This document shows, piece after piece, positions 41,210 to 43,883 of a DNA stretch of 43,883 nt. The notes beneath the pieces are model-generated. The model was not told the DNA's origin. It saw nothing but the letters and a program-made list of their open reading frames with translations, and did not search any database. Origin of the DNA: Candidatus Calescibacterium sp. (GTDB taxonomy: Bacteria > Calescibacteriota > Calescibacteriia > Calescibacteriales > Calescibacteriaceae). The DNA lies in contig JAVVGL010000017.1 in NCBI GenBank assembly GCA_032249135.1, positions 1 through 43,883 of the forward strand. The letters run 5' to 3'. The position numbers and the translations under genes were made by a program. Every line of letters begins with the position of its first letter. Position 1 is the stretch's first letter.

Positions 41210-41693
41210 GTGGAGAAGATTTCAATATTTTTTGCAGTACTTCAACTATATGCTTTGCCTCCATACTTTCTGGATTTATTTCTGATGCTCTTTTTGCAAA
41301 CTCCAGAGCAAGTGGTATATGCCCAGTTTGAGCCAAAATTACAGATAATCTCAAATATGCCGCAAATTCGTTTGGATTAGCTTTTATAATGTCCATATAT
41401 GTTTTTACTGCATCCCGAATTTCACCTTCATACTCATAAATAGATGCAAGTTTATAAAGATAACTTATATTTTTTGTTTCCTCGTAATTTTTGGTGAGTT
41501 TTTGAATTACTCCTCGCCTTTCATCTCTCAATACTACAAATAAAGATATTCCAAGGAAAAAGGGAAAGAAGATGAACTTTAATTTAAAACTTTTCAGCTC
41601 ATGGTAAAAAATGTAAGCTAAAAGCAAAGAGAAGAAAATAAGAGCCACCCCTTCAAAACTCAGGAGGTTTTTCAGGTTAAAAAAATAGTGCAT
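41199..41693 (-). CDS. Membrane-anchored TPR protein
   Basis: Two TM helices, then TPRs (LASIYEYEG...A, AYLRLSVILAQTG....A..FAKRA.EINP). ATG 41693 preferred over 41759. Confidence 0.8.
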   Translation of the reverse strand: MHYFFNLKNLLSFEGVALIFFSLLLAYIFYHELKSFKLKFIFFPFFLGISLFVVLRDERRGVIQKLTKNYEETKNISYLYKLASIYEYEGEIRDAVKTYMDIIKANPNEFAAYLRLSVILAQTGHIPLALEFAKRASEINPESMEAKHIVEVLQKILKSSPHEE

Positions 41694-41759
41694 ATCAGAG
41701 AATCTATTGATAAAAAAAATTTTTTTAAATTTTAATGAAACTTTTGCTTTTCCATGCAA

Positions 41760-42668
41760 CTAAACTATCAAATTTCTTTGCTTTAAATACTCTCTGAGAG
41801 CGGTTTTCACATCAAGCATATCATTTTTTCCAAGTTTTTCAAGAACAGAATTTTTAAGAACTGAATATTTCGGTCTTTGGGCGGGCGTTTTAAATTCTGA
41901 TTCGGGGACAGGCTCTATCAAATTCAAATCAAGTTTTAAAAGTTTTGCAACCTCACATGCAAAATCAAACCATGAGATTTCTCCTATCTGCATTATATGT
42001 ATTACCCCACAAAAATCATCAAGAGCTACCTCTATCATTTTTCTTGCAAGGTCAAATGTCCAAGTTGGAGCAGAGAATCTATCATAAACAACTCTCATTT
42101 TCTTTCCAGAAGAGAGATTTTCTATCACTTTCTCCGGAAAATTTCTAAATTGCCTCCCTGAAATTGCAGAACCATTTACTCCATATAACCCGCCGGACCT
42201 AACTATTATGAACTTCTTTGAATATTTTTTTATGAGTATCTCTCCAAAAAGCTTAGATAAAGCATAAACAGAAAGAGGATTCGGTTCATCTTCTTCTTCA
42301 TAGGGAGACATTTTTTTTCCATCAAAAACATAGTCTGTTGATATATTTATAAAAACTGCACCAACTTCATTACATGCCAAAGCCATATTTAGGGGAGAGA
42401 AAGAATTTACTGCAAAGACATCTTGGATATTTTCTGTTTTTTCTGCACCATCAACATCATTCCAACCAGTAGCATTAAAAACAAAGTTCGGTTTGAAAGA
42501 AAAAATAGCATCTCTTACTTTGCTTGAATCTCTGATGTCTAATTGATATCTGGTGAGAGCAAGGATTTCAAATTCAAATTTAGAGGGCTTGAAACCGAAG
42601 TTTCCACTCAAAATTCTCAAAAGATCTCCGCCGAGTTGCCCAGACGCTCCAAATATAATAACCTTCAC
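41760..42668 (-). CDS. rfbD: dTDP-4-dehydrorhamnose reductase
   Basis: GASGQLG, VDGAE, ISTDYVFDG, YALSK, PT...DLA, A.RP.YS.L. Confidence 0.95.
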   Translation of the reverse strand: MKVIIFGASGQLGGDLLRILSGNFGFKPSKFEFEILALTRYQLDIRDSSKVRDAIFSFKPNFVFNATGWNDVDGAEKTENIQDVFAVNSFSPLNMALACNEVGAVFINISTDYVFDGKKMSPYEEEDEPNPLSVYALSKLFGEILIKKYSKKFIIVRSGGLYGVNGSAISGRQFRNFPEKVIENLSSGKKMRVVYDRFSAPTWTFDLARKMIEVALDDFCGVIHIMQIGEISWFDFACEVAKLLKLDLNLIEPVPESEFKTPAQRPKYSVLKNSVLEKLGKNDMLDVKTALREYLKQRNLIV

Positions 42669-42727
42669 CAAAATACAATATAATCAAAGATCTTCCAAAT
42701 AAAATAATCCATAAAAAATAAAATAAT

Positions 42728-43747
42728 TCAGAAATATCTTAACCATCTTACATCAAACCTGTAAAGACCTGCTTCTCTTGCATACTCCACAGCTTTATCA
42801 TACTCCTCTTGTGTTATTCTCCTTGCAATTTCTGGATAATTTTTGGGTTTCATAGCAACAAGCCCCGCAGGGTGATATTGATCCATGATATTCACATAAG
42901 TGTGAATGGAAACCTCTTTTGCAAGAAACTGCATTATCTCATAGGTTCCCGCAATGTTATTTGGCATAACAAGATGTCTCACCAAAAGTCCTCTTAAAGC
43001 AAGACCGTTTTCATCAAATTTCAAATCACCAACTTGCTCCCACATTTTCTTTATTATTTTTCTCGCAACCTCCGGGTAATCTTTCACCCCAAGGTATTTC
43101 CACGAGACTTCAGGATACCATATTTTAAAATCTGGCATGTATATATCTACTATTCCGTCCATAAGTTCTATTGACTCTTCAGAATCATAAGCACTTGTGT
43201 TATAAACTATTGGAAGTCGTAATCCCATCTCTATTGCATAATAGAGAGCTTCAAGTATTTGGGGGACAACATGTTCCGGTGTAACAAGATTTATGTTGTG
43301 ACATCCCATGTCCTGCAATCTTATCATTATTTTGGCAAGGTCTTGTGGAGATACTTCAACACTATCTTCTCCTCTCCAAGATATATCAAAATTCTGGCAA
43401 AAAACGCATCGCAAGTTGCAGAAAGAAAAGAAAATAGTTCCTGAACCGTTCCATCCGCGTAAGCAATCTTCCTCACCAAAATGAGGAAAAGCGCTTGACA
43501 CTATTGCATAACGCCCTACCCTACATACTCCCTTTTTTATGTTTCTATCAATATCGCAATTTCTCGGACAAACCCTACATTTTTTGAGAGATTCTATCGC
43601 CCTTTCTACTTTCTCTTTGATTTTCCAAGCTCCGTCCTCTCTCAGCTTTATATATGCTGGTACGAAATCTTTTCTTTTTATTACAAATCTCTCATCTCTC
43701 ATGTACCAAGGTGGCTCTCCCCAAACATAATATTTACGAGAAAGCAT
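42728..43747 (-). CDS. Radical SAM protein, PflX-like
   Basis: CRVCPRNC...C, HFGEE, GSGTIFF, CNLRCVFCQN, NINLVTP, DIYMPDFK, LVRHLVMP, MDQY.P. Confidence 0.9.
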   Translation of the reverse strand: MLSRKYYVWGEPPWYMRDERFVIKRKDFVPAYIKLREDGAWKIKEKVERAIESLKKCRVCPRNCDIDRNIKKGVCRVGRYAIVSSAFPHFGEEDCLRGWNGSGTIFFSFCNLRCVFCQNFDISWRGEDSVEVSPQDLAKIMIRLQDMGCHNINLVTPEHVVPQILEALYYAIEMGLRLPIVYNTSAYDSEESIELMDGIVDIYMPDFKIWYPEVSWKYLGVKDYPEVARKIIKKMWEQVGDLKFDENGLALRGLLVRHLVMPNNIAGTYEIMQFLAKEVSIHTYVNIMDQYHPAGLVAMKPKNYPEIARRITQEEYDKAVEYAREAGLYRFDVRWLRYF

Positions 43748-43750
43748 AGA

Positions 43751-43791
43751 AAGAAAAATTTATAATCTATAAGAAAAAATTTATAATCTAT
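43751..43791. repeat. Tandem 20/21-bp duplication AAGAAAAA(A)TTTATAATCTAT
   Basis: Copies at 43751-43770 and 43771-43791, immediately upstream of the radical SAM start codon. Confidence 0.85.
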
Positions 43792-43883
43792 TGCTAAAAA
43801 TTTAGTTTTTTATTAGAACAATCTCTATCTTACCCCGTTTTGTTTTGGATTTGCTCTGTTATAGCCCCACCAAACTTGTCCTG

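Noticed and set aside
43826-43883. Probable 3' end of a minus-strand gene at the window edge
   Set aside because: Too short; more than one frame is open and none can be identified.

Overview
AT-rich, gene-dense chromosomal window from a diderm bacterium. The K/E/I-rich proteins suggest a thermophile (inference). I found no rRNA, tRNA, CRISPR array or recognisable mobile element. Left to right it holds: the 3' part of an alternative complex III operon (actB partial, actC, actD, actE, actF); scattered housekeeping and envelope genes (purN, divergent LptF/G-, LptD- and LptE-like genes, a small secretin cluster, wbqC-like, fabZ, ALDH, metF-like, aroF); an accessory block at about 20-30.8 kb; then cysC, a stand-alone rplA, an SCP-x-type thiolase, a sigma54 activator, a lone ccmC, cbiB, murJ, pabB, rfbD and a PflX-like radical SAM gene. 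The accessory block is the best candidate for an undescribed system. It has an HpnN/MMPL-like transporter, a chimeric pseudogene scar, a beta-propeller-like lipoprotein, two tandem phytoene-dehydrogenase-like flavoproteins (one with degenerate FAD motifs), a protein made of two copies of an unrecognised 'WSKGLG' domain, and an exported esterase. All family calls come from motif recognition by eye; no database searches were run.
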